A DNA stretch of 64,000 bases. It comes from Camelus ferus. Its lineage: Eukaryota. Both the position numbers and the translations under genes were made by a program. Location of the stretch: positions 43,278,001 to 43,342,000 of the forward strand of contig NC_045696.1 of NCBI RefSeq assembly GCF_009834535.1. Reading direction: 5' to 3'. Below, one piece after another: positions 35,406 through 49,943 of this stretch. The first letter of the stretch is position 1. The number at the start of each line of letters is the position of its first letter. The notes under the pieces were generated by a model, which did not search any database, was not told the DNA's origin, and worked only from the letters and a program-made list of their open reading frames with translations.

Positions 35406-37779
35406 TTTTCAAAAACCTCAAGCGCTTTTATTATCCCTCTTCATGGCATCTTCTTTGCCTTTAATTTCACAGTAGAAACATTTATAATACAAGTTCATAT
35501 GACAATACAAGAGCATGCTTTTATGGTACCCTCGCAGTCTGTGCACTGTGAGCTGTATATAGCACTTGGGGCTGGCATGTTGCAACATAAAAATGAACCA
35601 TGTAATATTCCCTTTCATTTTGATTTGATGAAAATACTCCTTCCCTACCCATAACCAGTAATTTCCTTTAAAAATACATGCAAGCCTCAACACCTTCCCA
35701 AACAGTATACAGAATTTCAGTGAGTTTTTATCTAATTCCCAACTCTGATCTTGGCTCATGTTACCTGACAAATTTTTATTAAAAACCTAATGTTTAATAA
35801 ACTGATGGTCAAATAAACAAACAACTACTATAAATAATCTTTGACAAAATAGAATTCAAAGTCACTATGTTTCTATTTATTTTCCATATTTCATCTCAGT
35901 TAACCTTATTAAGTTTGTATCAATTATACTTGTGAACCCTTTTAATTGTTCACTTTGTATATATTTAACTGTGAAATATTTCACCTGTCAGCACTCCCAA
36001 AGTTGTATGCTAAAGTATTAAATTAAAAAAAAAAACCATAATAGGATAAAGCTCACTTTTGGTAAAATCTTTATAAATTCTATTATTTAGAAGCTAAGAT
36101 TTAGTTTATGATTTTTACACTGAATGAATTTTATCTGTGGTTATAAATTATCAGAACTTAACAAGCTGACTTTGAAGTATAAATCAGTTAATTACTCAGT
36201 GTATTGTAAAATAAGATAACTGAAAAACCCAAGTAAAAGCTCAAATTATTTCAATTTTTTAAGCTTTTTTTTTACAATATTTATTTCCTATATCTTCAAG
36301 AATTTCTCCTTAGAATAAGTTACTGCTTTCTAAGAACAATCCGTGAAATTTTCTCAGCACAGAGAAAACCTTGTTATCTAACACCTCCATCTATCCCAAA
36401 TGGAAAAATGCAACAAGAAAATATATCACCAAACCGCCATCAACAAGTTTTGTTGTTGGAACATCCCAAAACTGGAACGTTAAATAAGTCATACTTCACC
36501 AGAGCAATTGCTTTTCAAGCCAACCTCTCTCAAAAGTTTCATGTTTAGAAACTACATGTTGAATACTATCTAAATTGAATAAAATGTCTCTTTTCCTCAT
36601 GACTGGCATGAGAAAAACAAGAAACTCCATTGGATGTATTTTTACTGGCCATGAGAGAGAGAATAGATATTTGAACATGAATTCTTATGCTTTATTTGCT
36701 GTCCAATGGGATCTATTTAGTGCAGATGGAGCCTGTCACCTGAATGTTTCTACATGCAAACCTGTAAAAATGTGCAACACGTTCACATACAAACCTACCC
36801 ACTTTCATGAACGTAAGCCGTATTTATAACTTCATATTTTGCATTACTGATGTCAATATGTATGTTAGGGTGTATAATATCATATCATTAAATTTGGATA
36901 ATGAGAAGTTTGCTTTCTTTAGTTATATATCATATTAGTTGTAGTATTTTCTTTAGTTTATATCTAATTGGGCTAATAAACATTTTAGTCTTTATAAGTC
37001 ATACTGAAAAATTATAAGATAAGAATTTGAGGCCCAACTGAGTTAATTGGTGCTCTCTGAGGCAGGGCAAGTTATATTTCATACTCAACTATAAAAGGTC
37101 TATCAATAACTTAGTGTAAACAGACTCATTATTTTTTTAAAAGTCAACAAAAGGAGAAGCAGCAAAGTAGAGAGAAAAAAAGTAAACGGGAAGGAGAAGA
37201 AAAATGTAAATGACAATGAAAAAGCGAGGATAAGTAACTTCTTGCTTGTCCTCGGTGCCTGTGATTGCTATTTCTCCAACTTAAAACTGATTCTCCATTT
37301 CTGATTATCCAAAACACCTCCTCATCCAGCTTCATTACTATCATCTATTTAATCCATGAGTATCTTTCTCCATTCATTAAAGAGTTTACTCTCTTTCACA
37401 GTCTTCACCTCAAGTTCTGAAACCTATTCCATGACTTTACATCCAAGTGTGCAAAATATCGCACATGGTGTCATATCCTGGTTCTACCTGTCTGGAATTC
37501 CTATATTTTTACTGCCCTTTTCTTTCATTTCTTTCAATTTCTTTGACAAAATGACTGTGGGAATCTATTTTGTAAATTATTCTATCTTACTGTCTTACTT
37601 AGTTTTTCTGCATCCTGTTAAATGGCATCCTTCCCTGTACTTATCTCTTCACAGGTGGGTTGGAACCTTGTTTTCGGATGCTCTAAATGCAGGTACAATG
37701 ACAGCTCTGTTTTAGCTGGACTTCCAAAGCAACTGAAAACTTCATGTCTTAATCTTCAAAATAGCAACTTGATAACTAC

Positions 37780-38670
37780 TTTTCAATTATGTTTAATTGC
37801 TATGTCTATCTTTTTCTGTGCCAGCATCACATTGTTATAATTATTGAGAAGAAAAATTCTGTCCCCCAAATTCTAATTGGTTTTATTCAATTTCATGGTT
37901 ATTTTTACACATTTATTCATCCTGATTAATTTTAGAATTTTTTTTCCTGGCTGCAAAATAATCATAATGGAATTTTAAGTAAAACTGCATTTTATGTATT
38001 GAAAATTTTGGGGCAACTGACATCCATTAGGTAGTGAGTCTTCCAATTAAATAATGTTCTTATCTATTTATTCCATACTTCATTTATGCCATACATTTTA
38101 TAACATTTATAAAGTTTTTGTACTTGTTAAACTAATTTCTAGACAATTTATTGCTATTTGAAATGGCATCTGTTTCCATGTTACATTTTCAGAGACCTAA
38201 GTTTTCTCTTACAGGGTAGAAAAATATTTTCTATGTATTTCTAAATACCTTACTAAATTTTCGTAATACATCTAGTAGTAACACGTTAGCATTTGTAACA
38301 TTTTCAAGGAATGATGTTTTTCTCTTTTAGAAGTAATATTGTAATATCCATGTTTGCATTTAATGTCTTATTTATTAGAATTGTCAAATAATGTCAATGT
38401 CAGTAGTCATAATGGAAAATTTATTTTGTTTCTGATAGTAATTGAAACGTTTTAAGATGTTTACTATTACGAAAAAGGTTGACTAACAATTTTATTCTTT
38501 TTAATTGGTATTATTAATGTTCACAAGCTTTTGTTGTTAGTTTAAAAAATTCTAAATTTTATCAAATACTTTTTCAGGAACTATTGAGATGATTCATTTT
38601 TTTCTTTGACATTACTACCCATGGATTATATTTATATATTTCCCAACCTTGAATAATTTTTAATTTCTTA
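37780..38670 (-). mobile_element. Old L1/HAL1 ORF2 fragment
   Basis: Antisense L1 motifs 'aattttatcaaatactttttcaggaactattgagatgat' and 'gggcaactgacatcc...tgagtcttccaat'. Confidence 0.6.
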
Positions 38671-38702
38671 AATAAATGTGTTTTCATAGCTTTTGAATAT
38701 TT

Positions 38703-39199
38703 CTGCTTTATTTACAATTGCCAAGATATAGAAGCAACCTAAGTGTCCATCAAAAGACAAATGGATAAAAAAAATGTGGCATATATGCAAACACATGGAC
38801 ACACACAATGGAATACTACTCAAGCCATAAAAGGAATGGAATTTTGCCATTTGCAGTAACATAGATGGACCTGGAGGGCATTATGCTAAGTGAAATAAGC
38901 CAAAGAAAGAAAGACAAATACTGTGTGATATCACTTATATGTGGAACCTAAAAAAATACAACGAACTAGTGAATATAACAAAAAAGAAGCAGACATAGGT
39001 ATAGAAAACAATCTAGTTGTTACCAGTGAAGGGGGGAAACAATATAGGGGAGGGGGAGTGGGAGGCACAAATTACTGGGTGTTAAGATAGGCTACAATGA
39101 TGTATTGTACAACATGAGGAATATAGCCACTATTTTGTAATAACTATATGTGGAGTGTAATTATTAAAATTGCATAAAAATAAAAAAGTAAAAATAAAA
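38703..39199 (+). mobile_element. 5'-truncated L1 (ORF2 C-terminus and 3' UTR, cetartiodactyl-type)
   Basis: 'ttatttacaattgccaagatatagaagcaacctaagtgtccatcaa...gcattatgctaagtgaaataagcc...tcacttatatgtggaaccta', then a G-rich 3' UTR and A-rich tail. Confidence 0.9.
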
Positions 39200-39239
39200 T
39201 GCAAACATACCCTTTCATCCAAGTCCCTAATAAAAATGT

Positions 39240-42200
39240 TGAGTAGAAAAAAAAAGAATAAAAAATGAACATAGTTTCAAAGAACTGTGGTATAATTTTA
39301 AATAGTGTAACATATATAATTTGCAAAATTGAGTAAGAGAGAATGGACTAGAGAAAGTATTAGAAGCAATAATAATAAATGATGTTAAAAATTAATGACA
39401 GACATGAAAACAGATCTAGGAATCTCAGAGAACACCAAGGAGGATAAGTATAAAAAAGCACATCTAAGCTTATCACAGTCAAACTGCATTCAAATCAAAG
39501 ACAATGACAGATCTTGGGGAAAAAAATGGAGAAATATAGTGACTTACTTATGGGAGAATAAGGATAAAAATTACAGTGAACTTCTCATAAAGACTGCATA
39601 AGGAGAATGGATTGAAATATTTTAAGTTCTAAAAGAGAAATCTTACCAACTTAGAATTCTATGTCCAGCAAAATTATCCTTCAAAATGAAGGAGAAATAA
39701 AGACATTCCCAGAGAAAGTGAGGAAATTTATCACTAATGGGCTGACCTAAAAGAAATGTTAAAAGAAGTTCTCTGGAGAGGAAAAAAAAAAATAATACAG
39801 GTTAGAAATTTCAATCTACATAAAGAAGAGTAATAAAGAATAAATAAATAAAAAAATTATTATACAGGTTTTAAAAGAATTTCTTAATTCCAATAGTTAT
39901 TTGTTTAAAATAATAACAATGTATTAGGTGATTATAGCATATGGATAATTGAAATGAATGATAATAATGTCATAAGAGATTAAAGTGAGAAATTGGGAAT
40001 ACTCAATTATAAGGTAACTGCTTTACCCATAAAGTAGTATGTAAGTATTTGTACACATGTGTACTTCCTTGGAAGTGGAGTTAAATTAGTTGAAAATACA
40101 TATTGTAAGATGCCACTATATAACTATTTAGAATTGCTAAAAATCAAAACAAAACAAAAACTTGACAATCCAATGTTTGACAATAATGTGAAACAACTGA
40201 ATCACAAAATCATTGCTGGTGAGAATGCAAAATGACACCGACACTTTGGGAATCATTTTGGTGGTGTCTTACAAAGCTAATAATAGTCTTACCCTACTAT
40301 CCATTAATTGTTCTTCTAGGTTTTACAAAACTCACTTGAAAATGTATGTCCACCCAAAAATCTACACATGAATGTTTATAGCAACTTTATTCATAATCAC
40401 CTCAAACTGAGAATAACCAAGATATCCTTCAATGAGTGAATAGATAAACAAACTGTGGTATACTCACACAATGATACACTTCAGTAATTAAAAAAAAAAA
40501 AACAAAGAAAAGAGATATCAAACTACTAAAAAATATGGCTAAATTACTTGACAAGTGAAAGTGTCTAGTCAAAAAAGACCACCTACTATTTCATTCAATT
40601 TATATAAGTTAGAAAAAGCAACATTTTGGATATATTGCACAGTTGAGTTATAACCAGATGTTTGGAGAGAAGGTCAATTGAAAAGGTGAAGCACAGGAGA
40701 CTTTTTAGGTCAGTGAAACTATTCTGTATGATACTGCAGTGGTAGATAGCCAACACTGCACATTTGTCAAAACTCATAGAACATTACAGCAATAAGAATG
40801 TGGCTTAATGTAGGAAAATTTTAAAAAATATTTTAGGAAAAAAGTCAACTATAAGAAAAGAATCTAACCTCACTAAATAATTGGTTAAAAAAAGATGCCA
40901 GCCTAAGTAACTCTGGGAATAAATGAAGCCTGTGAGATTAAAGGCAACTGTAAGTACATATAAGAACTTCACTTAAGTTGATAAAGTTGGTTCCCACTGG
41001 GGTAGAGGTTAACAATTTTAAAACATCTATATATTTATAGTGACACTAAAAAATTAAATAAATGAATGGTAGAAGGAGGGAGTTAGTTTCCTCATTGTTA
41101 GAATAGGTAAGTAGATATATAAATATATATACATATAGGTATACATATGTGTATACACATGATTGGTGTACACACATATTTTTCCTCCTTCTGAGCTGAG
41201 AAAGCCTAGAAGCAATGACACCCAGGAGCAATAAGCCCACTTAATGTCCAATTTTTGGTTCTAATACCATTTTCTAAGATAAGTAACAAATTCTTCTTGG
41301 AGAAATAGCTGATTGTAGGACTTGGGCAGGGAATACAGAAGATAAGCCTGGAGAATCTTATTATACCAGAAAGTTAAAAAATATATATATAAAAAGCAAA
41401 TCAACCAACCAATCACAGTAATGAGGGCTATGTCAAAAGAAGATAAAAGCCAACTGAGAAAGCTCTCAATGGCCAAAGCTAGAACAATTTGAATAACAAA
41501 AATGTATTATATTATAACTCCAAGTATAAAATAAATATCTATCAGTTTATATTGCTAGAATATATGATTGAATAAATAAATAATAAATGGTACAGACTAG
41601 ACATATATTTTATGCAGTAAGATGTCAAATAACATACATAGATATTCTCCTTCAAGGAATTAGAACACAATTCTCCACCCCTAAAATATGGGCTACATAG
41701 AGTTATTTTCCTATAAAGAGTATAGTATTGAAGGGGTGGGAGGAAGAAATAGTATGTTTAGAGCGGAGAAATCTGACAAAGGCTACCTAAGCCAGTGATT
41801 AACATAAACAGTGATGTCAGATTGATACTATACGCCCTTGATATGAAGTGAAGAAAATGGCATTTCACATTTATGACTTATCTCCCCAAACTCACAAATT
41901 CAGTCTAATCATGGAAAAAATATCAAACAACTCCCAATTGAGGGACATTCCACAAAATAACTGATCACTACTCCTCAAAACTGTTAAGGTCATCAAAAAC
42001 ATGAGAAGTCTGGGAAATTGCCTCAGGAAACAAGATGGCAAATGAAATATGGCATCCTAGATCCCGGAAAAGAAAAGGGCCTCGGGAAAAATCAATGAAA
42101 TCTGAAGAAAGTATAGTGTTTACTTAATAATAGAGCAATATCGCGTCAATTATTTTGACAAAAATGCCATATGAATGTAAGATGTTGATAATGGGGCAGA

Positions 42201-42290
42201 AACTGTGGGGTAAGAGAACTTCTCTGTACTGTCTTTATAACTTCTGTAAATCTAATTATATTCTTTTAAAAAACTTTATTACAATTTTTA
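39240..42290 (+). mobile_element. L1MC/L1MD element: ORF1 C-terminal half, then ORF2 C-terminus and long 3' UTR (most of ORF2 absent)
   Basis: ORF1 motifs 'agaattctatgtccagcaaaattatccttcaaaatgaaggagaaataaagacattc'. ORF2 C-terminal motifs start at ~40110. L1MD/MC3-type 3' UTR 'gaaatagctgattgtaggacttgggcaggga...gcctggagaatctt'. Confidence 0.85.
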
Positions 42291-43699
42291 AATGTTACAA
42301 AGTACTTTGATAAAACATACATATCCCAGGGAAAATTATTCATTAAATTAGGCTGGATTGTGTAAAAGGTTTTCATTACCATGGCTGAACTTATATAAAA
42401 TGGCTCTGACAAACAGAGGAGTAATTTTTCCTTTGTGGCCTATTCCTTTTTTTCTTTTTCCTGATTCCAACTTAAGAATCAGAATGATATGTTTTCCTTT
42501 ATGAAACAATCATTACTTTTACTCCTCTTCTTAACCAAATATGTGCCATGTGAGTATTTCTACTTATTCATCCCTATTTATTTAATTCATGAAGTTGGCA
42601 ACTGTGGATGAGATCTTTTGGAATATTTTCAGGATTGAATAGAACAACTCTAAAGCCTGAATTAACTCCCTAGTTGTCACCTAATTTGCTCACTTTCGAA
42701 GATAAGCACAATCAGATATTTAACACTTAGAAAGACGATGATATTATACAGAGCATGGGAGATTAATAATAATTCATCAGGCAATTACCTGATTTATTGC
42801 AGTGCACATTTTAATCTCCAAACAAGTTCCAGTGGTATGGAAAAATAATTTCCTAAGCTACCACATAAATTTGTCATACAAATGAGATATGGGGAGGGGG
42901 AGGCAGTGTGAAAATTTCTCATTTATTAGATATTTTAGAAGAGTCTAGACTATGTCTAAGGAAGTGTGTACAAATTAATTCAAAGACAAAATAGCAGAAG
43001 CTATCATTTAAATGAAATCTAAATCATAACTTTAATTCTTTTCAGTGGTTTAATGTAGATTTTTTCCTCTTATAATACCCTCCTACAATCAATTTATCTG
43101 AAGCTTCCTCCATCCTTTAGTAGCTGTCCCTTGGGAAAATGAAAAGAAAGAAATGTTGCATATTCTAGCTGAACACATGTGAACTCTGAGTCACTACTTA
43201 TGCCAGTGGACACCAGGCTGTCTTCATGGTACATTTTATAGAGACTAAGAAACCTATGGTCAGAATCTGTATCCTCGTCATAGTTTTGTGTGTGATGCAT
43301 TATTGCAAATCTCCACTGACTGAACTAATCAGCATCATTGTTTCCTTCCAACCACATCTAAGAGAAGTATTATCACTTCATTTCTGACTTATTTTTGCAT
43401 TTTGTATTTCTTCAGATGTTCTGTCCTACAGAATATCATTCAATTTCTTTCAAATTTCTCATTCTTTTGAAAGCCAGAGTTTTGTAACACACAATATTGT
43501 GCCTCTAGACCTGGTAACCAGATTAAGTCCTGTGAAAAGTGTCTTTGTTCATGCTATGGTAGGAGTAAAGGCTCTATGCAAAATATATCCATAAAATAAA
43601 AGAACACATAGAGATTTAAAATTGAACCTAAAGCAACAGATCACTGGCTATACGAATTTCAACATGATATTTGATTATATGTATTATGTACATATATAT

Positions 43700-43973
43700 T
43701 TTATTTTTCCACCTTAATTGATAAATAAATAAATTGTATAAATGTATGGTGTATATGAGGCTTTGATATATGTATATAATGTAAAATTATTACCACAGTA
43801 TAGTTTACACATCTATTATTTAATTATATATATATTTCATATTCACATGTTTTTATGGTGAGAACATTTATGATCTCCATATTAGCAAATTTCAACTATA
43901 CGGTATCATTAACTAGTTACTCATGCTGTTCATTAGATCCACAGAAATTATTTACCTTATAACTGCAAGTTTA
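43700..43973 (-). mobile_element. L1MA9-like 3' UTR fragment
   Basis: 'tggtgagaacatttatgatctc...ttagcaaatttcaa...catgctgttcattagatccacagaaattatt..ccttataactgcaagttt'. Confidence 0.8.
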
Positions 43974-45559
43974 TTTACTTACTTATTTATTTCATCATTT
44001 TAATTTTTGAGCTTCTAATTGCAACTGAGAATTGGACGCAATCTCTTCCCTAGGGAGCCCAGAGTCTGGTGGAAGACACAACTTTGAGACAAGTAAGCTA
44101 TAATAGTGGCAAGTATACACTGTTATGTGCGGAAAGGGCTTCTCAAGCTCAAGGAAGAGAGTAAGAGAATAAGTGATAAGTGGATGAAAGAAGGGATTAC
44201 ATTGTATAAGTTATGTAAATATTTCAGTTATGGATATCTTAATTATTGTCATATAATTTTTTTCTTTAAAGGTTCTAAAAAACAAACATAAGTATATTTC
44301 TTATAGAGATATTGACTGTTAAGTTTAGTCTGGATGCTTATTTTAACTGCTAAATTTACATCTCATAAAACAGTGCTGAATGATTTACAGACAATATTGA
44401 AACTCTAATATTTTAAGCACATGACCTTACTTTTGAAGCATTTTTCTTATGTTTAAGCTAAGAACCTAGAATTTATCACTTCATTTGTCTTGTTACTTTG
44501 TGCCTACTACAACCCATACTGTTGTGAGTAAAAATTAATAATGTGCATGACAAAGTCTGAATGTTTTAATACTTAATGTTCAAACTGGCATAGATGGAAA
44601 CTGAAAAATGATATTTCTTTTAACATTTATATTTACTTACTCTTTTCACGGCTCACGTGCACAAACATGCTTTTCACTCTATCCAGTTTATCTCATCCAG
44701 CAGCGTTTCAATTAAGCACATTAGATCAACTTTGTTTTTCTCAGAATTCTATGATGACTGTCTTTCCCAGTCTTTTATATGCTTACCAACCAGCCTGCAC
44801 AAAGAGGAAAAACTACATCTATGTATCTTCTGCCAAGAAAGGGAGCTTCATATGCAGCAGCTGGCTGAATGTAAGTTTATGAGCAAATGATTTGTGACTG
44901 GATTTGCCTCTCCTTTATGGACAGTGCCACTGGTTTGAGTGCTCTGTTCAATTTGAGATTATAAAGCCCTGAAAGCAATCACAAGATGAATTTCAATAAA
45001 TTGAATTTATGATGAGTGTGAAGGAAAATTTGCTGACAGCTTTAAATTGTAAGCACTTCTTTCAATTGTAAATATACCCAAATTGCTTTGCTTTTGTCAT
45101 AAGAGATTCAGCACCTTGAAACAAAGATCTGCTATAAAACCAGCTCTCCAACAAACACCTGCTCCCTGTCCCTAAAGCCCCGAGACAGGTGAAATAGGAC
45201 CCTGGCTGTGTAGGATGTGTTTTAAAGCTTTGGCAGTGGACAGGAATTCTTCTTTATGTCTGTATCAATAAAGGGGTTAACATTTTTCTTTATAAAGTAA
45301 AATCATCAGACCTGTTTCAAATACATTTGTCTAGTCTGAAGTACATGCTCTGACCCAATATAAATCTAAAACTATAAATCTGACTGCAACATTTGATGTT
45401 CCTCTTTTTATTCTGCTTGAATATTTGTGTTTAATTTTGGTGGAGATTCACTAAGTATTTATACTAAAATGTGACTGCATTTTATAAAAATTAGAAGCAT
45501 ACAGAGAATCTTTAATCTATGATATATAAATATTCACTCTTAAATATTTGTAGAAATGT

Positions 45560-46245
45560 AGGCTTAGTAGAAGATGCTATGCAAAACAGTACATAGACTA
45601 AAATATGAAAATGTACACAAGTTACTAGTGACCAGAGAAATGCACTGAGCTATCATTATATATATTATTCATCGGTTTAATAAAAACTGAAGTGTAAAAT
45701 AGAAACTATGAGAAAGGATGTGGAGCAAACTGTAACTCTTATGCACTACTGATGAGACTATACATTATTACAACCACTTTGGAAAAGCATTTAAAGTTTT
45801 CTAGTAAAGATGAAGATAATGTACATCCATGACTTAACCATTCCCCCCTCAATCATGTACCTTAGAGCAACTCTGTGGAATAGGAATATAATGTAAACCC
45901 ACATGTACATTTTAAATTTTTAGTAACCACATTAAAAATAAAAAATAACAGGCGATACACACTTTAATAATACATTTTATATAACAATATATCTACAATA
46001 TTATTTTGACATATAATCAATATAAAAGTGTAAGATATTTTACATTCTTTTTTTTTTGGTACTATTTTCAAAATCAGCTGTGTTTTCTACATAGAGCATG
46101 TCCAGATTGAAAAAAAACCTATTTCAAGTACTTAATAGCCATATGTGGCCAGTGTGTACTGTAATGGATATGCAGCTTCAGAAAATACTTTCATATGTGC
46201 ATCAGGAAGCATGTGCAAGAATATTCGTATTGATGCTTTTATTAA
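45560..46245 (+). mobile_element. L1ME-type ORF2 C-terminal fragment interrupted by MER33
   Basis: 'aaggatgtggagcaaactgtaactcttatgcactactgatg...acaaccactttggaaaa'. The L1 sequence resumes at 46176. Confidence 0.7.
45868..46175. mobile_element. MER33-like hAT-Charlie element
   Basis: Ends 'caactctgtggaataggaatataatg' and 'cttaatagccatatgtggccagtg...atggatatgcag'. 8-bp TSD remnant ccttagag/cttcagaa. Confidence 0.85.
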
Positions 46246-46247
46246 TA

Positions 46248-46500
46248 GTCTATATTGATCAGGACTGTGTCAGTAAAACAGAGCCCACAGCAGTGACCTG
46301 ATGGAAGGATTTCAAAATAGAAAGCTACATAAGTTAGTGTGGGAAGTGCTGAAAACCCCCCCAAATAAATCAAAGAAACAAACAGTGAGACAACCCAGAG
46401 ATAAGCAACAGCAGTAAGCAGCTACATCTCTCAGGCTGATAGAATAAAAGGAAAATGTGGTATCCTTTATGAAGTCCAGACTCCTTAGAGTCACATAGAA
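46248..46500 (-). mobile_element. Old MaLR LTR fragment (MLT1M/N-like)
   Basis: 'acccagagataagcaacagcagtaagcagcta...ctcaggctga' resembles the 56433-56935 element. Confidence 0.5.
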
Positions 46501-46559
46501 TTTTTAATAATCTTCCCCTTTATGTTTCTCCATTTCCAACCCCTTAAAATTCCTTACTC

Positions 46560-46960
46560 TCTCTATCTCAGCCTACATGCAGTTCCCAGAATATGTTATT
46601 TCGCTCCTTTATTTCATACCTTTGTGTGATTGCTCATGTAGTGTAAGTTGGCTGAAATACTCATTATAACAATCCTCCTAACTGATAGATCACCTGCTTT
46701 CGCTAACTTTGGTCAGATGTAAACTTCTTCAGTGCGAAGAGTGTGCCTCCCTTCTCCTCACCCACTACTTGCCACGCTGGGTTAACTACAATTCTGTACA
46801 ACCATCACACCCCTAGGCATACTCTGGTTTAAACTTCTCATGTCTTTCTACAGCATTGGTCTTACTTTCCCCACTGTATGATAAGGTATTTGAAAGTGTT
46901 TCAGTAATGTCTGTATTGCCAGCTACTTGCACATAGTAGGTATGAAAGTTATATTTAGGA
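46560..46960 (+). mobile_element. LINE-2 fragment
   Basis: C/T-rich L2-like sequence ending 'ttgcacatagtagg'. Confidence 0.45.
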
Positions 46961-49943
46961 ATAAACTGAAAAATTGAGATGTTCAAATAAAAAATGTAAA
47001 ACAAACATGCTTTTGAATTAAAATGATATAGTTTACAATGTGTTTTCCAAAATTGTATTGGTTGCAATGACTTGGACTATCTCTAATGCCAGCTAGATCA
47101 TGATTAGCCAGCACAGAGACAAAGCGTTATGAAAACTATAGATAATCAATGTAATCTGCACACTGTAATTTAATTTAGAAACGATGAATTCTTCATTTTA
47201 TACATTTATAACTGCATAATTCATAATAGTTCATGTATTACAAATAATGTAGGGTAAGAGAAAATAAAGCGATTTTTTTTACCCAGCTGAGAAATAATAA
47301 ATATTAAAATTTTCTTGCAGTTATGACAAGCAATCCAAAAAAAAAGATAAATTCCTTTTCTTAAAAAATAGTATAAGGCTGAATTTGTTTTTGAATTTTT
47401 TTTTACTTTATGTTTGTTATATGTTACAGAAAAATAATTTCTACTGAGAAATATTTATCTCTTTTATTGAACTCAGGAAGATCAGAGAAGAAAGCTTTCA
47501 AATAACTCTGCAAGGTACATACCTCATGTGAGACTTTGGAATCAGACCCGAGAACTGATTAGGTTTCTCTCCTGGAATTACATCTAAAAGAGATGCCAAA
47601 TATCAGTAAGATGGCTGAAAGACTGAAAGAATATCTAGAAAGGTAATATGTCTATTTTAATGCAATAATGCATTTGGTGACCTTTGAAGATAATTCTCTT
47701 TGCTTCCATCTTTAGAATGAAAGGAAAATATATGTTAATTCTTGTTAGAAATAAATTACAAACATCGGTAAAGTTAGTAAGTATACTTGCTTTTGGCTGG
47801 GTTGATGGAGATTTGTCATTTTCTTAGGATTAAAACCAGTGATATTTTTCCAGCAGATACGTATCCTGAAGCACTGGGAAAGCAGGGCCATTTGGAAACA
47901 ATGCTTTTGTAGTGTATGTTTGTGTGTGTGTGTGAGAGAGAGCATGTGTGTGAGTGTCTTTGTGTGTGTTTGCCTGTGGTGGGGGATTCATATGGATGAG
48001 TTAGTTCTATTTTGAGCATATTTGAAAATTCTGATTTGGGGACCACAGGCAAAAATGTGCATTTATGTAGCAAAGGCAGATATAGAACTTCAACCCGTTG
48101 TCCCATCATTTCCATAAATGTGCGTAGTTTGACACAATAATTCTCTTTTCAAAAATAGGCAGATTTTCAAAATTTGTATCATCTTTTCTTTTTAACTGTT
48201 TATCTGCATCAAAAATATTATGTGGGTGTCAACGCTTTAATTCACTCTTTTTTTTGTAGAGACACATTTTCTTTAGCCAAACAATGTCTTAAGCAGATAA
48301 AATGTCTCACAAAAATGAGGACTTCTAAATAGAGTACGTGACCTTAAGGGGAAATAAATCTGGCCAAAGTCAGGTATCTAGAATAAGCCCATCTAGATAA
48401 GGAAATTGAAGTCTTTTTATGTCCTGCAGTCTCCATTTTCTCTTGTTCCTGTTTTAGTGCTATTCATGGGAAATTAAAGCTTTTCTTCTTTTTGGCTTGA
48501 CTCACTCACCACTCTCCAGGGCAAGAATCCCTGAGAGGGATTGCCATTGCCATATAAGACCCATGATGGAGTTGGGGACCTAGTCAGATAGGATACCATG
48601 CAAACTTGTGTTCTCCATGGTTTTGTAGTGTAAAATGTGATTGTCTGCACTTCAAATTTTGTTAGTTTGATTTGTGTGACTAAAGTTCCTATATCCCTTT
48701 CTATTTTGATTTTTTTTTAATTCTAGGCATTTTAAATTATTAAAATAAATTTGATTTATCAGTGGATTAATTCTGCTTAGTTTTCTATGTGAATAGATTT
48801 GAGGAACTTCAACTATATGGGTGTTCAAAATATTTGCAAAATATCTTGTTCCCAAATTCTATGTTGATGTACATAGAAATGTATGGATGTAGATGGTCAA
48901 GTCCATCTCTAACTTTTTCAGAATTGTAATAATTCCAACCTAATTTATGTCATAATTCCATTAATCACATGAAAGATGGGGAGTATAGGTAATCTGATAT
49001 GACTTTTATGTGGAATAATTTTTTGAGAAATAAAACATGAATTGAATTTATGATGGCATTACGTACTTGGATGAAAAATCAAAACAGAAAATACAAAACC
49101 TTAAATTATTTTAAATAACAGAAAATAAATTTCAAATAATTTATAAGTTAACACTAGATCTTCTAAAATGTATTGCTGTGTGCCATCAGTTTGGCCAAAA
49201 TATTTTTTTGTAAATTTTGCACATAAAATGATTAGATTACCTTGTAAAAGTATGTATTTCTTAAAGCTTATTAAATTGAGATTGACTCTGTTCCTGAGAA
49301 AGAAATCTGTGTGAATGAACTTGGTTAAGGTAAATGACCTATCACTACCAACTATCACATGAGGCAGACATTTGCTAAGACCCTGCAACTAAAACTCCAT
49401 GCATAGAATACCATTAATGATGCTATGCATAGATTAAAAAAGGAGGGAACAAAATTCTATAAGATGTATTAAAGAAAAAGTTAAAATGAAAGTTTGAGAA
49501 ATATTTTATCTTAAAACTTGAAATAAATCTAATAAAATACAATTTATACTTTTCAAATTTAGCCCATGACTATTTTTTTATTTCTGCTCTATTTTGCTTC
49601 CCATTATAACTGGGAAACATCCAAGATATCTTAGAAGATGTTTGTTGTTGTTTGCTACATCAGATTTTTTATTTAGTTATATTGGTTAAGATGGGCTAGT
49701 GGCAGAAAAAAAGTCATAGAAAATCATTTTTTCCTAGGAAAGAAAGCATGTTCAAAAGGAAAAAAACCCCACAAACTTCTCTTTAGTTTTATGGGTATTC
49801 TCTTCATTGCAATTAAAAAGATTTTTCTTCATCTCTACTTCAGAAAACTAGCAGTACCGTCTCTGTAGTAGAGTTTGGATTTTTGTTTGGAAGTGTCATG
49901 TTGTTCTTTAACTCCTACTAGGAAAAAAAAAAAATCAATATCG

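Noticed and set aside
36425..36462. Short hairpin ccatcaacaa-gtt-ttgttgttgg as a pre-miRNA
   Set aside because: The stem is only about 10 bp with a mismatch, far too short.
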